64,000 nucleotides of DNA from Escherichia phage KarlGJung. This document shows positions 41,874 through 52,048 of the stretch, in pieces. Position numbers and translations under genes: made by a program. Under the pieces are notes generated by a model, which searched no databases, had not been told where the DNA came from, and saw only the letters and a program-made list of their open reading frames with translations. The stretch is from the sequence record MZ501089, one strand, 5' to 3'. Positions within the stretch are counted from its first letter, which is position 1; every line of letters begins with the position of its first letter.

Positions 41874-42809
41874 TTTAAATTGTTCAGTAACGTCTTCAAC
41901 TACTTCGTATTGGCAGGTACGCATTTTAGCATCGTTGTAATCAATCGGAATTGATACTACATCACGCGGATGTACTTTAACTTTTACGACTAGGCTGGTT
42001 GAACTGCCAAAGTGACGAATATAAGATTTAGAACACACATGCAGACCACGAGAACAAGTTTGTGTATCATCGTCATTCACACGAGTACGTGGCATTTTAA
42101 CTACTTTACCCGGACTGTTATCAAAGGTGTTTGAGTGACAGTCAAAGTAATTGCTGCGAACTACTTTCCAAGCATAGAAGTAACCATCTTCTGTAATTTC
42201 AATATCGTTTGCTACCAAGAAATCAAAGAGTCGAGATACCGCTTTTTGGCTTGGGTTTTCCAGCAGATTTTCCAAGAACGGAAAATAAAATTCAAAGTTT
42301 TCGCCTTTTTCCATCGAGTCAAGAATACGATCAACCAAACCAGACCGCAATTCGATATTTTGATAGAACAAGCTTCCACCTTCAATTCGAACATCGCCGG
42401 AAATATATTTTTCAACAGCACGGCGAACATTAATTTTTTGTGCAGCTTCTTCCAGCTTATCCGCTACAAGCAGATTAAGAATTTCCTGGAAGTTTGAATG
42501 AGTATTAGGAGTTGCGTTATAAGTTACACCGTCAACAGTAATTGAAATGAATTTTTTAGATGCATTCCAAATAATGTCAGATTTAGCAACTGGAGCAATA
42601 ACTGCATCGCTATTAACTTTAACTGTAATATCACCGCTAATAGTAACTTTAGGGCGTTTAGCTTCTTCAGCATTTTTCAAAACACGACGGATTGTGTCAA
42701 CCGATACATCCTTCCAATAAGCTAATTCCTGTTGGGTATAATTACCACTTGAATACAGTTTAACAATTTCAGCTTGTTCGTTTTTGGTCAGGCATTTAAT
42801 ATTGTACAT
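41871..42809 (-). CDS. rIIB: rIIB protein
   Basis: 312-aa ORF immediately downstream of rIIA; matches T4 rIIB size. Confidence 0.9.
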   Translation of the reverse strand: MYNIKCLTKNEQAEIVKLYSSGNYTQQELAYWKDVSVDTIRRVLKNAEEAKRPKVTISGDITVKVNSDAVIAPVAKSDIIWNASKKFISITVDGVTYNATPNTHSNFQEILNLLVADKLEEAAQKINVRRAVEKYISGDVRIEGGSLFYQNIELRSGLVDRILDSMEKGENFEFYFPFLENLLENPSQKAVSRLFDFLVANDIEITEDGYFYAWKVVRSNYFDCHSNTFDNSPGKVVKMPRTRVNDDDTQTCSRGLHVCSKSYIRHFGSSTSLVVKVKVHPRDVVSIPIDYNDAKMRTCQYEVVEDVTEQFK

Positions 42810-42820
42810 AATTTTCCTTA

Positions 42821-44998
42821 TTAGGCCGCAAGGGCCTTCATAGTTTTAGCGATTTGGGAAACTTCATCATCACTTAAAGAGTTGCGATAACCGATGAAGT
42901 CGGAAACAATACGGAATTTCTTGGTAAACTCAGCAACCATTTTATCACTATTTTTTGAAGCATTACGTGATAATTCATCAAAAAGATTAGTTACCGTCCA
43001 GATGTCATGACCGATGGTATCTTTTCCACCATTAAAATATACACCGCGCAATGAACTAACTATATTAGCGAGTCGTGTATATTCTTCAGAAACTTCATCT
43101 GTACTGAAGTACTTCATCATAAAATCTAGTTCAGGATGCTTGATAATTTTATCAATATATCGTTGAGCTGAACTTGAATAACCTACATACTTATCATAAT
43201 CTACATCATCAAAAGCATCTACATATAAATCACGCAAAGCTTCAAAAATACATTGGCACTGACCGAGCTCTTTTACCTTTTTCTGCAAAAGCGGACGAAT
43301 AACATAAAATTCATTAATGCCAATAAGATTAGCCATACGAATCAAAATATTCATAGATGGATGACAAAGCGATGTAGTACCATCCATAGAGAAAATATCA
43401 GAACGATGCATATACGCTACATAACCAGTAATTTCATCTGCTTCTGACGTAAGTGTAAATAGTTCCTCTTTTTCCCAGCGCCCGTCTTTAATTTCAAACT
43501 TAAATGCTGTAGCAGCTTTAGGACGAGGAGCTTTACTTTTAACTACCTTTGGAATATAACTTTTTACTAAAGCTTCAATTTCTGACAAATAGTGAATGTT
43601 AACTTCATCACTTTCAAACATCGCCATAATATCAGGGAGTAAATCAATCTGCGATTCTACTTCCGGATTAATAAACAGAAGACGCTCATTGTGATGAATA
43701 TTTAAAGTGTTATTAAATTCACTATCATCTAACGCATGTGCTAATCCACGGACAATATTAACACGATTTTTAATATTATCAATAACGATATTAATTTTTG
43801 TTGTATTAATACCAAACAGACGATAACTTGATGCAACGGCTGAAGTTTCATGACTTTGCTTAATACGCTTCAGTCGAGGGTCAAGATTTACTTCATACAC
43901 AACCCCTGCATTGCATAGCTTACTGTCAGGTTCAAACATGCTCTGCATTTTCTTATATGACAGATTTTTAGTCGTGAATTTGACTGAATTACTAATCATA
44001 TAATCTCGAGCAGAATACCCCATCTTCATCAATTCACGATATGTATGACGAGGAGATGTAGATTCTTTAAATCGTTTTACATCTTCATTAAATGCTTTCT
44101 CACTAAGCTCTTTAACTCGTTCAATAATATTTTTACGAGTACGATCATCCAATGAAAGAGCTTCACGTGATGGAGCAATATCAAGTGAACCCATTGGAAA
44201 CTTAATGTAATTTACTTCATTGCGAATGCTTAGCCAGTTACGGTCTCTAATAACACCATCGATAGGATAAACAATACCGCCATAGATAGCATATAATCCA
44301 CCACGATCTGGCCAGTATCTTTCTGGATTTACACCGTAATAGTCATCAAAATCCGGAAAATAATCAATTTCGCGGTCAAGACCATTAATGATAGCCAAAT
44401 CTTTGAACGGTCGCATGATATAAGAAACTTCATAAGCAAAGTTTCTAAAGTCTTTTTCTTCAACTGGAACTACGATTTCAATACCAGTTTTATCATCTGG
44501 ACCCATTTCTTTCACGAATGTAGGTTTAATTTGTGGACCATCGCCATCCATGTAAGCTACATAACCACGAATTTCACCTTTATGATACGAAGTAATACTA
44601 AATGTATCAGTATAACTAAACGGAGATTTAGAACCTAAACCAAATCCGCCAATGAAATCGTTAGATTCAGCCTTAGATGAACTGAAGTATGAATTATACA
44701 AACCAGGAGAATTATCATCACCCTGAATATCAAAATCACTCATACCCGGACCAAAATCTCGACAAACAAATCGCGGATCTAATCGTCCTGGAACTTGTAT
44801 GATAAATTTTTCAGGATTTCCATTAAGTGCATGGGCATCAATCATATTAGTAATTAATTCACGGACTACTGCACGAATCTTGTTTGTATACAAATCAGAT
44901 GACAGAATTTTAAATACTTTAGGAGATGCTGTGATGCTAAATGCTTTTGATTTAGAACCATTGCCAAGAATTGTTTCTTTTTCAGTGGTGATAATCAT
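42821..44998 (-). CDS. rIIA: rIIA protein
   Basis: 725-aa ORF ([20 protein letters not shown]...); matches T4 rIIA size and order. Confidence 0.93.
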   Translation of the reverse strand: MIITTEKETILGNGSKSKAFSITASPKVFKILSSDLYTNKIRAVVRELITNMIDAHALNGNPEKFIIQVPGRLDPRFVCRDFGPGMSDFDIQGDDNSPGLYNSYFSSSKAESNDFIGGFGLGSKSPFSYTDTFSITSYHKGEIRGYVAYMDGDGPQIKPTFVKEMGPDDKTGIEIVVPVEEKDFRNFAYEVSYIMRPFKDLAIINGLDREIDYFPDFDDYYGVNPERYWPDRGGLYAIYGGIVYPIDGVIRDRNWLSIRNEVNYIKFPMGSLDIAPSREALSLDDRTRKNIIERVKELSEKAFNEDVKRFKESTSPRHTYRELMKMGYSARDYMISNSVKFTTKNLSYKKMQSMFEPDSKLCNAGVVYEVNLDPRLKRIKQSHETSAVASSYRLFGINTTKINIVIDNIKNRVNIVRGLAHALDDSEFNNTLNIHHNERLLFINPEVESQIDLLPDIMAMFESDEVNIHYLSEIEALVKSYIPKVVKSKAPRPKAATAFKFEIKDGRWEKEELFTLTSEADEITGYVAYMHRSDIFSMDGTTSLCHPSMNILIRMANLIGINEFYVIRPLLQKKVKELGQCQCIFEALRDLYVDAFDDVDYDKYVGYSSSAQRYIDKIIKHPELDFMMKYFSTDEVSEEYTRLANIVSSLRGVYFNGGKDTIGHDIWTVTNLFDELSRNASKNSDKMVAEFTKKFRIVSDFIGYRNSLSDDEVSQIAKTMKALAA
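42824..42837 (-). other. intercistronic hairpin between rIIA and rIIB
   Basis: Minus-sense GGCCC-UUG-CGGCC-like stem-loop directly after the rIIA stop and before the rIIB Shine-Dalgarno. Confidence 0.4.
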
Positions 44999-45008
44999 AA
45001 TTTCCTCA

Positions 45009-45212
45009 TTAATTCATATTACGCTTAATAACTTCAGCAACTTCTAGTAATTCATCTTTAGTTGCAGTGTCGGATTGAATTTTATCTCTAATATCTTTAA
45101 AGCGGTTTTTAAATTCTTCGGCTTCTCCCATATCGAAAAAGCGTTGAATGATTCTATATTCTCGATGAACTGCTTTATCAAAAAGTTCTAAATTTACTTT
45201 ATATGATTTCAT
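45009..45212 (-). CDS. hypothetical protein (67 aa)
   Basis: ORF track; ATG start; early promoter upstream; position of T4 rIIA.1. Confidence 0.5.
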   Translation of the reverse strand: MKSYKVNLELFDKAVHREYRIIQRFFDMGEAEEFKNRFKDIRDKIQSDTATKDELLEVAEVIKRNMN

Positions 45213-45234
45213 TTCAATATCCTCATTTGCCCAA

Positions 45235-45268
45235 TTAATTATACCACATCCTTGTGGTAAAGTAAACT
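45235..45268 (-). promoter_or_regulatory. early promoter upstream of the rIIA operon
   Basis: Minus-sense (A)GTTTAC, 18 nt, TATAAT. Confidence 0.55.
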
Positions 45269-47084
45269 ACTGGCTCATCCATTCTTTACGAAGGTCAGCA
45301 TTATCTCCCATGAGCATTTCAAAAAGCTCTTTCCAGTTCTCAGGAAGTTTAACAACATCATATACTGGATTTTGAATCATCTCACGATATTCAGATTTTT
45401 CCAAAGAGCCAAGTCCTTTAATATAACGGATGCTATGTTTAGGTAGAGCATCTTTAGCACTCTCATATTCAGCGACTGTATAAAACCATTCTTGTTTTTT
45501 ACCGACCTGAGCGATGATTACAGGAGTTTTGACAAAACGAATTCTTCCTTGCTCAAACAGTTCTGGCCAATTACTAAAAAACCCGAGCAGAGAAGGATAA
45601 ATGCTTCCTAGACCATCATGGTCAGCATCAGTCATAATAGCAATATTATGATAATTCAAGTTTTCAGCTTTTTCACCGAGAACTAATCCAGTGATTGCGC
45701 AAATATCAAATAGTTCTTTGTTTTTAAGCATATCTGCATAAGACATACCCCAACTGTTGAGAACTTTACCGCGCAATGGATAACCACCGTGAAGTTCTTT
45801 ATCACGAACATCAATAAGATATCCGATAGCCGAATCACCCTCAGTCAAGAAAAGAGTAGTGTCAGCATCTTTACCACAAAGATTCGCTTTGATATGTTTA
45901 TGAACCTTAGCTTTAGAAGCCTTTTTAGCTGCTTTAGTTTCTGCTGCTTTTTCTGCCGCCAATTTACGAGCCAAAGCAGCTTCAATAATCGGCATTAGAA
46001 TTGCTTCATTATTTAGAATAGCGCGTGAAATCTTTTTAGCATCAAGTTGAATATGACTACGAATTTCGCCAAATGGAGAAGTCAAACGCTCTTTAGTTTG
46101 AGAATCAAATCGCATGTTTTTCATATCACGAACAAACATAACGATAGTCAAACATTCTTTAACACGCGCTTTAGTTACATCAATTTTGAACTTACGTTTG
46201 ATTTGTGGAATAAGGTCTTCACAAATATCATCCATAACACAGTCAATGTGATGGCCACCATTCTTAGTGTGAATGTTATTGACGTATGTTAATTGACGAA
46301 AACCATCCGGTGAACGACCAACCGCAATAGAACAATTTTCTTGTTCTTGAACAATAGCATGCTCATCATATTGGCGTGCATATTTCTTAAAATTGCCCTG
46401 AACCTTTTTACCATTAAAGGTAAATTGAATATCAGGATAAACTACTGCAAGTGTCTGGAGACGATCTAGTGTAATGTCAAGATAAACTTGGGACAGCTCA
46501 TTAGTTTCAAATGACATAAAATCAGGAATGAAAGTAACACGAGTTCCTTTCCATTTTCCAGGAATAGTTTCCCATGATTTATTTTCCATGCCATTTGAAC
46601 AACGAACTACAATATTATTTTGACCATCACCAGTTTCACCGACAAACATCACAGAAAAAATGTTTGTCAAACTAGAACCAACACCATTCATACCGCCAGT
46701 GACGCGTTCTTTATCATCACCGAAGTTACCACCTGCTTTTGGAATAGTCCATGCAGCAACAGGACCAGGAATTTCTTCACCGGTAGGTGTTTTAACCATC
46801 GCCTGCGGAATACCACGACCGTTATCTTCAACTGTTACTTGATTGTTTTTAATAGTAACATTAATTTTATTTGCGAATTTAAACTTAGTACGAATACCTT
46901 CATCTACTGAGTTATCGATAATTTCATCAATAAGCTTAACAAGACCAGGTACATACTGAACACTTTCCCATTTACCAAACAGAAAGCGCTCATGCATTTC
47001 ATTAGCAGAAGAGCCAATATACATGCCGCTACGCTTTTTGATATGTTCAATATCGCTCAGAATTTTAATTTCATTCTTAATCAT
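45267..47084 (-). CDS. 39: gp39 DNA topoisomerase II large subunit (GyrB-like), unsplit
   Basis: 605/606-aa continuous ORF with GHKL ATPase region and TOPRIM-like region; C-terminal part corresponds to what is the separate gene 60 product in T4. Confidence 0.92.
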   Translation of the reverse strand: MIKNEIKILSDIEHIKKRSGMYIGSSANEMHERFLFGKWESVQYVPGLVKLIDEIIDNSVDEGIRTKFKFANKINVTIKNNQVTVEDNGRGIPQAMVKTPTGEEIPGPVAAWTIPKAGGNFGDDKERVTGGMNGVGSSLTNIFSVMFVGETGDGQNNIVVRCSNGMENKSWETIPGKWKGTRVTFIPDFMSFETNELSQVYLDITLDRLQTLAVVYPDIQFTFNGKKVQGNFKKYARQYDEHAIVQEQENCSIAVGRSPDGFRQLTYVNNIHTKNGGHHIDCVMDDICEDLIPQIKRKFKIDVTKARVKECLTIVMFVRDMKNMRFDSQTKERLTSPFGEIRSHIQLDAKKISRAILNNEAILMPIIEAALARKLAAEKAAETKAAKKASKAKVHKHIKANLCGKDADTTLFLTEGDSAIGYLIDVRDKELHGGYPLRGKVLNSWGMSYADMLKNKELFDICAITGLVLGEKAENLNYHNIAIMTDADHDGLGSIYPSLLGFFSNWPELFEQGRIRFVKTPVIIAQVGKKQEWFYTVAEYESAKDALPKHSIRYIKGLGSLEKSEYREMIQNPVYDVVKLPENWKELFEMLMGDNADLRKEWMSQ

Positions 47085-47107
47085 CACTTATCCTCGTTTG
47101 GTTTCGG

Positions 47108-47140
47108 GAATATTATACTCCAGTAATCATAAAGCTAAAG
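47108..47140 (-). promoter_or_regulatory. possible MotA-dependent middle promoter for gene 39
   Basis: Minus-sense TTAGCTTTA (MotA-box-like), 12 nt, TATAAT, about 25 nt upstream of the gene 39 ATG. Imperfect box. Confidence 0.35.
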
Positions 47141-47154
47141 GCCCGAAGGCCTTT

Positions 47155-47415
47155 TTATTTAAAACGAATAGTTGAATCCTTAAAGAACAGCCCAGAACAT
47201 ACTGTTCCTTCTACTTTCTGCCCGGTAGGTCCAACAGCACGAAATCCAGTATGTTGGAAATCATTTTCAGAGCAACCAAACCAGTTATATCCAGTGATTT
47301 CAATATTCGTAAAACCACTTGATGATAAAATTTTAGTTGCATTATCAGCATCAGTACATCCTACTAAAGATACTGCTAATACTAATGCTGCGATAGAACG
47401 ATTAACATATTTCAT
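47155..47415 (-). CDS. small lipoprotein (about 86 aa)
   Basis: ORF track frame trimmed to ATG (MKYVNRSIAALVLAVSLVGC...); lipobox SLVGC. Confidence 0.45.
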   Translation of the reverse strand: MKYVNRSIAALVLAVSLVGCTDADNATKILSSSGFTNIEITGYNWFGCSENDFQHTGFRAVGPTGQKVEGTVCSGLFFKDSTIRFK

Positions 47416-47420
47416 AATTT

Positions 47421-47792
47421 TCACTTAAATTTAATGGCTTGAAGGAGACTAATAATTCTTAAACGGCTTCTTTCATCTTTAACTGTAAAAGAAAGAGGAT
47501 CGCCAGATTTCATAGTGATAGTGCATTCAAAATCAAAATCTTCGGAAACTTCTTTGAAGAAGTCAAATTCTTCATCATAAATTAGAACATTACTCTGACA
47601 ACTATGAAGAATTTTTCCATCATTTCCAGATGCTGTACTAATCATTGTAACATTATGACCTTTCATATCTTCAACGATAAATTCACTAGTCAATATTACA
47701 GCATTAATAGAACTATTCCTATTACTAGCAGAAAGTAGATATTTCTGTTCTTCACCTTCACGAATGCAATATTTCTTACCGATTTTAAACAT
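47421..47792 (-). CDS. hypothetical protein (123 aa)
   Basis: ORF track; ATG start. Confidence 0.45.
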   Translation of the reverse strand: MFKIGKKYCIREGEEQKYLLSASNRNSSINAVILTSEFIVEDMKGHNVTMISTASGNDGKILHSCQSNVLIYDEEFDFFKEVSEDFDFECTITMKSGDPLSFTVKDERSRLRIISLLQAIKFK

Positions 47793-47794
47793 AA

Positions 47795-47971
47795 TTACCC
47801 TTTAAGTAAGTCGTAAAATCCACCATTCACATGCTTAGGAGCAGAAGGCCGACGAGTAGACAAACGATGACATTTAGGGCAAACATCATTTTCTCGTTCA
47901 GAAATCTTTTTAATTTTTTCATATTCATGCCCGCAATCTTCGGATTGGCATTTATAATCATACATTGGCAT
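47795..47971 (-). CDS. small zinc-ribbon protein (about 58 aa)
   Basis: Hand-translated MPMYDYKCQSEDCGHEYEKIKKISERENDVCPKCHRLSTRRP...; CxxC...CPKC arrangement; not in the ORF track. Confidence 0.4.
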   Translation of the reverse strand: MPMYDYKCQSEDCGHEYEKIKKISERENDVCPKCHRLSTRRPSAPKHVNGGFYDLLKG

Positions 47972-47973
47972 AA

Positions 47974-48393
47974 TTATTCCTTAAAGTGTGCTTTCAGCAT
48001 TTGATACAAGGACCATGCCTGTTCATTATTTTCAATAGTAACTTTCATGACAGGAAATTCTGTGAAATCTTCTATTTGTTCTTGCTCTTCCTGCTCTTGT
48101 TCTTCAGCTGCCTGGTATGGATTTTCCACTTCATCAAAGAATTCAGCTTCGCTAGTAGAAAGCCAAATAAAATCTTCATCCAAAATATCTTTACCGGAGG
48201 ATAATGCCAATCTTCCAGTAGATGTCACAATTTTAGTAGGACGACCAAGATAGTCAATATCTATAACTTTAAAAGGTTCCATACCTAAACGTCGTGCATA
48301 AATTCCGTTTTCAGTATGGTCTTTAATAAAAGCTTCTTGAGCTTGTTTATTTTTAAATTGATACCATTTATTAACTTCAAATTTAATAGCCAT
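47974..48393 (-). CDS. hypothetical acidic protein (139 aa)
   Basis: ORF track; ATG start; contains an [10 protein letters not shown] acidic run. Confidence 0.45.
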   Translation of the reverse strand: MAIKFEVNKWYQFKNKQAQEAFIKDHTENGIYARRLGMEPFKVIDIDYLGRPTKIVTSTGRLALSSGKDILDEDFIWLSTSEAEFFDEVENPYQAAEEQEQEEQEQIEDFTEFPVMKVTIENNEQAWSLYQMLKAHFKE

Positions 48394-48608
48394 TAATAAA
48401 TTTCCTTCCAGTAAGTTGTTCCATCTTCAGTAATTTCACGAAATACACCATAAATTGGTTGTTTATCACCAACCTTTTCATACACATAAACCGAAGTCAA
48501 GTGAGTAAACTTGATGGTGTGTTCCTTTTGAACTACTACCAAATCTGGATTGAATAATACATCTTCAAATTCGTCATTAGTGCAGTTCTGAACAATTTTA
48601 CGTTTCAT
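48393..48608 (-). CDS. hypothetical protein (71 aa)
   Basis: ORF track; ATG start; size and position comparable to T4 cef (uncertain). Confidence 0.4.
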   Translation of the reverse strand: MKRKIVQNCTNDEFEDVLFNPDLVVVQKEHTIKFTHLTSVYVYEKVGDKQPIYGVFREITEDGTTYWKEIY

Positions 48609-48621
48609 TACAATTTCCTCA

Positions 48622-48891
48622 TTAATTGAACAGTGGAGCGATGCGTTTCAGAAGAGTAGCAGCACCTTTGGCAAATTTTACATCATGAAAAACAGTTTCT
48701 TCTTCCGTTACAACACGAGCTTTAATGTTTTCACAATCCCAATTTTTGCGAACAATCTTCAAAAGCTGCAGTAAATCTTTACATTCAGCAATATCGATAA
48801 CACATCCACGAGAATCTTCCATTATCGCACGATAACCGTAAGCCATACCATAATCATTAAAAGATTGCTCGATGATAATTAAGTTTTCCAT
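48622..48891 (-). CDS. hypothetical protein (about 89 aa)
   Basis: ORF track frame trimmed to ATG (MENLIIIEQ...) with GGAGAA Shine-Dalgarno. Confidence 0.45.
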   Translation of the reverse strand: MENLIIIEQSFNDYGMAYGYRAIMEDSRGCVIDIAECKDLLQLLKIVRKNWDCENIKARVVTEEETVFHDVKFAKGAATLLKRIAPLFN

Positions 48892-48988
48892 TTTATTCTC
48901 CAAGTTATTTTCTGTATCAGTAGTTGATATTGATATAGTACCATAATCAACTACTGATGTATATAGTTTTATGAAAAAATTTTAAACT

Positions 48989-49480
48989 TTATGCATAGCG
49001 AGCTTTGCTGTAGTGTTTAATCCAACTTTCAGGAATGACTTTGTATGTTCCTAAAAATACCGCGTTGTATAACTTAACGCCATCTTCTACCCATTGATCG
49101 GTAATGTATGCACACATAGCGCGAGTACGGTTAACAACACCTTCCTCACCTTCAGTAAATTCAAACTCATAAGGAGCAACGAACTTGATAGCTTGACCGA
49201 GTTTCCACTTAAAGTCTACACCTACATGCGAAGTATCAATCGTTTCAATTCCTTTAGCGGGAACAGCTTTCAAAAACGCAGGCTCAAGAAATTTCCATCG
49301 AACATAACCAAACTGAGGTTTAGACATTCCATCTTTAGGAATGATACGCACTTTTACTTCAGAATCTTCATCTTTAACACCATGTTTAAGCTGAATGCTT
49401 ACGACTTCAACCAATTTTCCTGCTGCCTTAGAACGGGATTTATCAGATACACGAGCAATTTCACCGATATTAATATTCAT
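48989..49480 (-). CDS. hypothetical protein (163 aa), paralog of the next ORF
   Basis: C-terminal ITDQWVEDGVKLYNAVFLGTYKVIPESW closely matches the C-terminus of ORF 49554..50054; size and position comparable to T4 motB (uncertain). Confidence 0.5.
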   Translation of the reverse strand: MNINIGEIARVSDKSRSKAAGKLVEVVSIQLKHGVKDEDSEVKVRIIPKDGMSKPQFGYVRWKFLEPAFLKAVPAKGIETIDTSHVGVDFKWKLGQAIKFVAPYEFEFTEGEEGVVNRTRAMCAYITDQWVEDGVKLYNAVFLGTYKVIPESWIKHYSKARYA

Positions 49481-49553
49481 AATTATCTCTCACTTGTTAA
49501 AAAGATTTTATACTCCGCAGGACCATTATACTCTGGTCCCAAGAGTTTGTAAA

Positions 49554-50054
49554 CTAGCTTACACGAACATTAATCACTGCGCTGCGAGGAACTACAGAGT
49601 ACTCTCCAGCATGAACTACATTAAGAAGTTCAACGCCATCTTCAACCCACTGGTCAGTTACCCAACCGCCAACCGGATTCGCGAATGGACGACGAATATA
49701 AACTGCCTTACACAACAAATCAGTCGGGTCTTCAATTTTTTCAACTGGTGTTACATACATAGAAACTAAATCCATATCAATATGGGATTTTTCTTGTTCT
49801 TCTTTTTCAATTTCTGTCAATAAATTGAAATCTTCTTCATAGATGATGAATGATGATACCCTTCCATAATAGTTTCTAATTTCCATGTACACTGTACCAA
49901 TGAGAATTCCGCTATTAACACTAATAACAGTAAAAGGATATCCGCCAGTTGTACCAAGAAGTTCCCAAAACTTGCTATCAGTCGTATTCGACATTGTCTG
50001 GAAATCAATTTCAGATGGTTTTTTCATTTGATACGTAGTATTAATTTTAATCAT
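49554..50054 (-). CDS. hypothetical protein (166 aa), paralog of the previous ORF
   Basis: C-terminal VTDQWVEDGVELLNVVHAGEYSVVPRSA matches ORF 48989..49480. Confidence 0.5.
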   Translation of the reverse strand: MIKINTTYQMKKPSEIDFQTMSNTTDSKFWELLGTTGGYPFTVISVNSGILIGTVYMEIRNYYGRVSSFIIYEEDFNLLTEIEKEEQEKSHIDMDLVSMYVTPVEKIEDPTDLLCKAVYIRRPFANPVGGWVTDQWVEDGVELLNVVHAGEYSVVPRSAVINVRVS

Positions 50055-50064
50055 AATTTTCTCT

Positions 50065-50568
50065 TTAGTCTAAGGTAATAAAGCCTTTTAGTTCGGCATG
50101 AGATTTGCGGAACATTACTTGATGCCCGCCAACGATAACTTGGTCATCTGGTACTTCGTATACAGCGAGATAAAATCCTTTAGAAGATAATTCTTCCCGC
50201 TCTTCTCGTGTGAACCATCTCATCATATCATATTCGCTAGCGAAAGCAAAATGATAAAGAGCTATAAACCATCCGGGAATATAATGATCTACGCCTACAT
50301 ATTCTTCTTTCTCAAAGTTAGTATTAATTGCTATATTAGCATTTTTAACTAATAATTTGTCTTCGCGCGGAAGAGGAATTCTTTTATTATCATTACTATG
50401 ATGCATAAAATTAGGTCTGTCATAACCTACACGTAATAACCACTCTTCACTCCATGAATCTATTATACTTCTATATGGCGTTATTTGAACACAAAGATCT
50501 CGACGTATTGTTATAGCATCTTCATAATTAAGAATACTAAATGATGATTCAACACGATAAATTTTCAT
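50065..50568 (-). CDS. hypothetical protein (about 167 aa)
   Basis: ORF track frame trimmed to ATG (MKIYRVESS...) with GAGGA Shine-Dalgarno, downstream of an early promoter. Confidence 0.45.
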   Translation of the reverse strand: MKIYRVESSFSILNYEDAITIRRDLCVQITPYRSIIDSWSEEWLLRVGYDRPNFMHHSNDNKRIPLPREDKLLVKNANIAINTNFEKEEYVGVDHYIPGWFIALYHFAFASEYDMMRWFTREEREELSSKGFYLAVYEVPDDQVIVGGHQVMFRKSHAELKGFITLD

Positions 50569-50592
50569 TTTATTATCCTCAGTAGCTATGGT

Positions 50593-50626
50593 GTTATAAT
50601 ACCACAACTAACCGAGGAAGTAAACA
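50593..50626 (-). promoter_or_regulatory. early promoter
   Basis: Minus-sense GTTTAC, 18 nt, TATTAT. Confidence 0.5.
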
Positions 50627-50631
50627 ACTTT

Positions 50632-51315
50632 TTATCGTTTTGTTGGAAGAGATAGAGGATCGCACTCTTCCTCTGACGGAGCATCTTCAAGACCCATAGC
50701 ATAGCGCAAAGCATACTTCATCATCAGGATGTCTTTCGCACAGTCATGAATAGAATCATGCGCAACGAATCCATCTAAAGTTCCTTTTGGAAGAGGACAC
50801 GTGGTCATATCACGAACAAGGAGAAGTGCTTCAATTCTGGTACGAATATCACGCTGATTCCAAAATTTACAAGGTTCTAACTTAAATGTATCAAGCTCAT
50901 TCTCGGAAACGCCGTTAAGACGTTGAATATCGCGAATGAGATCGACTAAAATTGGAAAATCAAACGACATTCCACGGCACCAGCCTTGAGATTTCCAAGG
51001 ATCGATATTATGCGCATTGATGTAATCATTAAATTTTGCAATACCATCGATAGTGCTTACATCTTCATCTGATGGCGCAATATTTTTTCGAGCTTCAGGA
51101 GATTGATTCTTCCACCATTCGATAGTGCTTTTAGTAAAAAGACGATGTCCTTTTTGGCTTTTTAAATCAAATTTGATTTTAATGCCACGTGAAACTAATT
51201 CATCAAATGTTTCAACGACTTCTGGATTAGGGTCAAAAGCAATTACAGCCAAATCAATAACAGCTGCTTTTTCACCGCTTCCCATTGTTTCAAAATCTAT
51301 AATAAAATCAAACAT
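50632..51315 (-). CDS. dexA: exonuclease A (DEDD-type 3'-5' exonuclease)
   Basis: 227-aa ORF MFDFIIDFETMGSGEKAAVIDLAVIAF... (Exo I motif DFETMG); T4 DexA size. Confidence 0.85.
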   Translation of the reverse strand: MFDFIIDFETMGSGEKAAVIDLAVIAFDPNPEVVETFDELVSRGIKIKFDLKSQKGHRLFTKSTIEWWKNQSPEARKNIAPSDEDVSTIDGIAKFNDYINAHNIDPWKSQGWCRGMSFDFPILVDLIRDIQRLNGVSENELDTFKLEPCKFWNQRDIRTRIEALLLVRDMTTCPLPKGTLDGFVAHDSIHDCAKDILMMKYALRYAMGLEDAPSEEECDPLSLPTKR

Positions 51316-51590
51316 TAAATTTTCCTTGCTAAATCGCGAATTTGACCTACAGTATAATCTTGGATATAAACTTTATTAATAGGCTCATCAATAAATTTTG
51401 CCATAGATTCAATATCTTTTTGTATCTCTTCAAGACTGTATACTATCTTTAAAGCTTTTTCGCGAATAGTAATATTTTCAGGACTAGAATTTTCCTCAAT
51501 GACAGCTTTAACATTTGTCATAAGAGATTTAAACTGATGCAAACTTAATTCAATCATTAATAACCGCCTTATAAAGATGGCTAATTTCAC
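51315..51590 (-). CDS. hypothetical protein (91 aa)
   Basis: ORF track; ATG start. Confidence 0.45.
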   Translation of the reverse strand: MKLAIFIRRLLMIELSLHQFKSLMTNVKAVIEENSSPENITIREKALKIVYSLEEIQKDIESMAKFIDEPINKVYIQDYTVGQIRDLARKI

Positions 51591-51810
51591 CTAAAGCATA
51601 ATCACTGATTGTGACAGTTTTCACTTCACCACAAAAGAATTCTAACGCAATCAAATCTCGTTCAATTTCTTCCAATTGAAGCATTAACTTACCAGATTCA
51701 ATTTTTACATTTCTACGATTTTTACTATAAGCTATTTCATAAATTTCGCTCACTTTATCTTGAAGAAGATAAAACTGATCTTTAGTTATTTCCACGAATA
51801 GCTTCCTCAA
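51550..51810 (-). CDS. hypothetical protein (86 aa)
   Basis: ORF track; overlaps the downstream ORF by about 40 nt; start uncertain. Confidence 0.35.
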   Translation of the reverse strand: MRKLFVEITKDQFYLLQDKVSEIYEIAYSKNRRNVKIESGKLMLQLEEIERDLIALEFFCGEVKTVTISDYALGEISHLYKAVIND

Positions 51811-52042
51811 ATTTAATTAGTAATTTACAGACACTTTCATCTAATGTAATTACTGTATCTGTATTACTATGATATGATTGTTTTTCAATTCGTTTAATTG
51901 CTAATATAGTATCACTTATAAGATAAAGCTTATGAAGGAGCTCAGCTCCTGTTACCATAACATTAAGATTATCTTGCTTATTAGTATGCTTCCTTATACC
52001 ATCTATTAGACGATTTAAATATTTTGAATTGATGTTAATCAT
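51782..52042 (-). CDS. hypothetical protein (86 aa)
   Basis: ORF track; directly downstream of dda. Confidence 0.4.
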   Translation of the reverse strand: MININSKYLNRLIDGIRKHTNKQDNLNVMVTGAELLHKLYLISDTILAIKRIEKQSYHSNTDTVITLDESVCKLLIKFEEAIRGNN

Positions 52043-52048
52043 ATATCC

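Noticed and set aside
45267-47087. Gene 60 translational bypass element and mobA insertion
   Set aside because: Topoisomerase subunit is a single uninterrupted ORF; no internal stop or hairpin gap.
48047-48253. Plus-strand ORF rich in Ser/Cys ([13 protein letters not shown])
   Set aside because: It is the antisense reading of the acidic EEQEQ repeat in ORF 47974..48393; a mirror-frame artefact.
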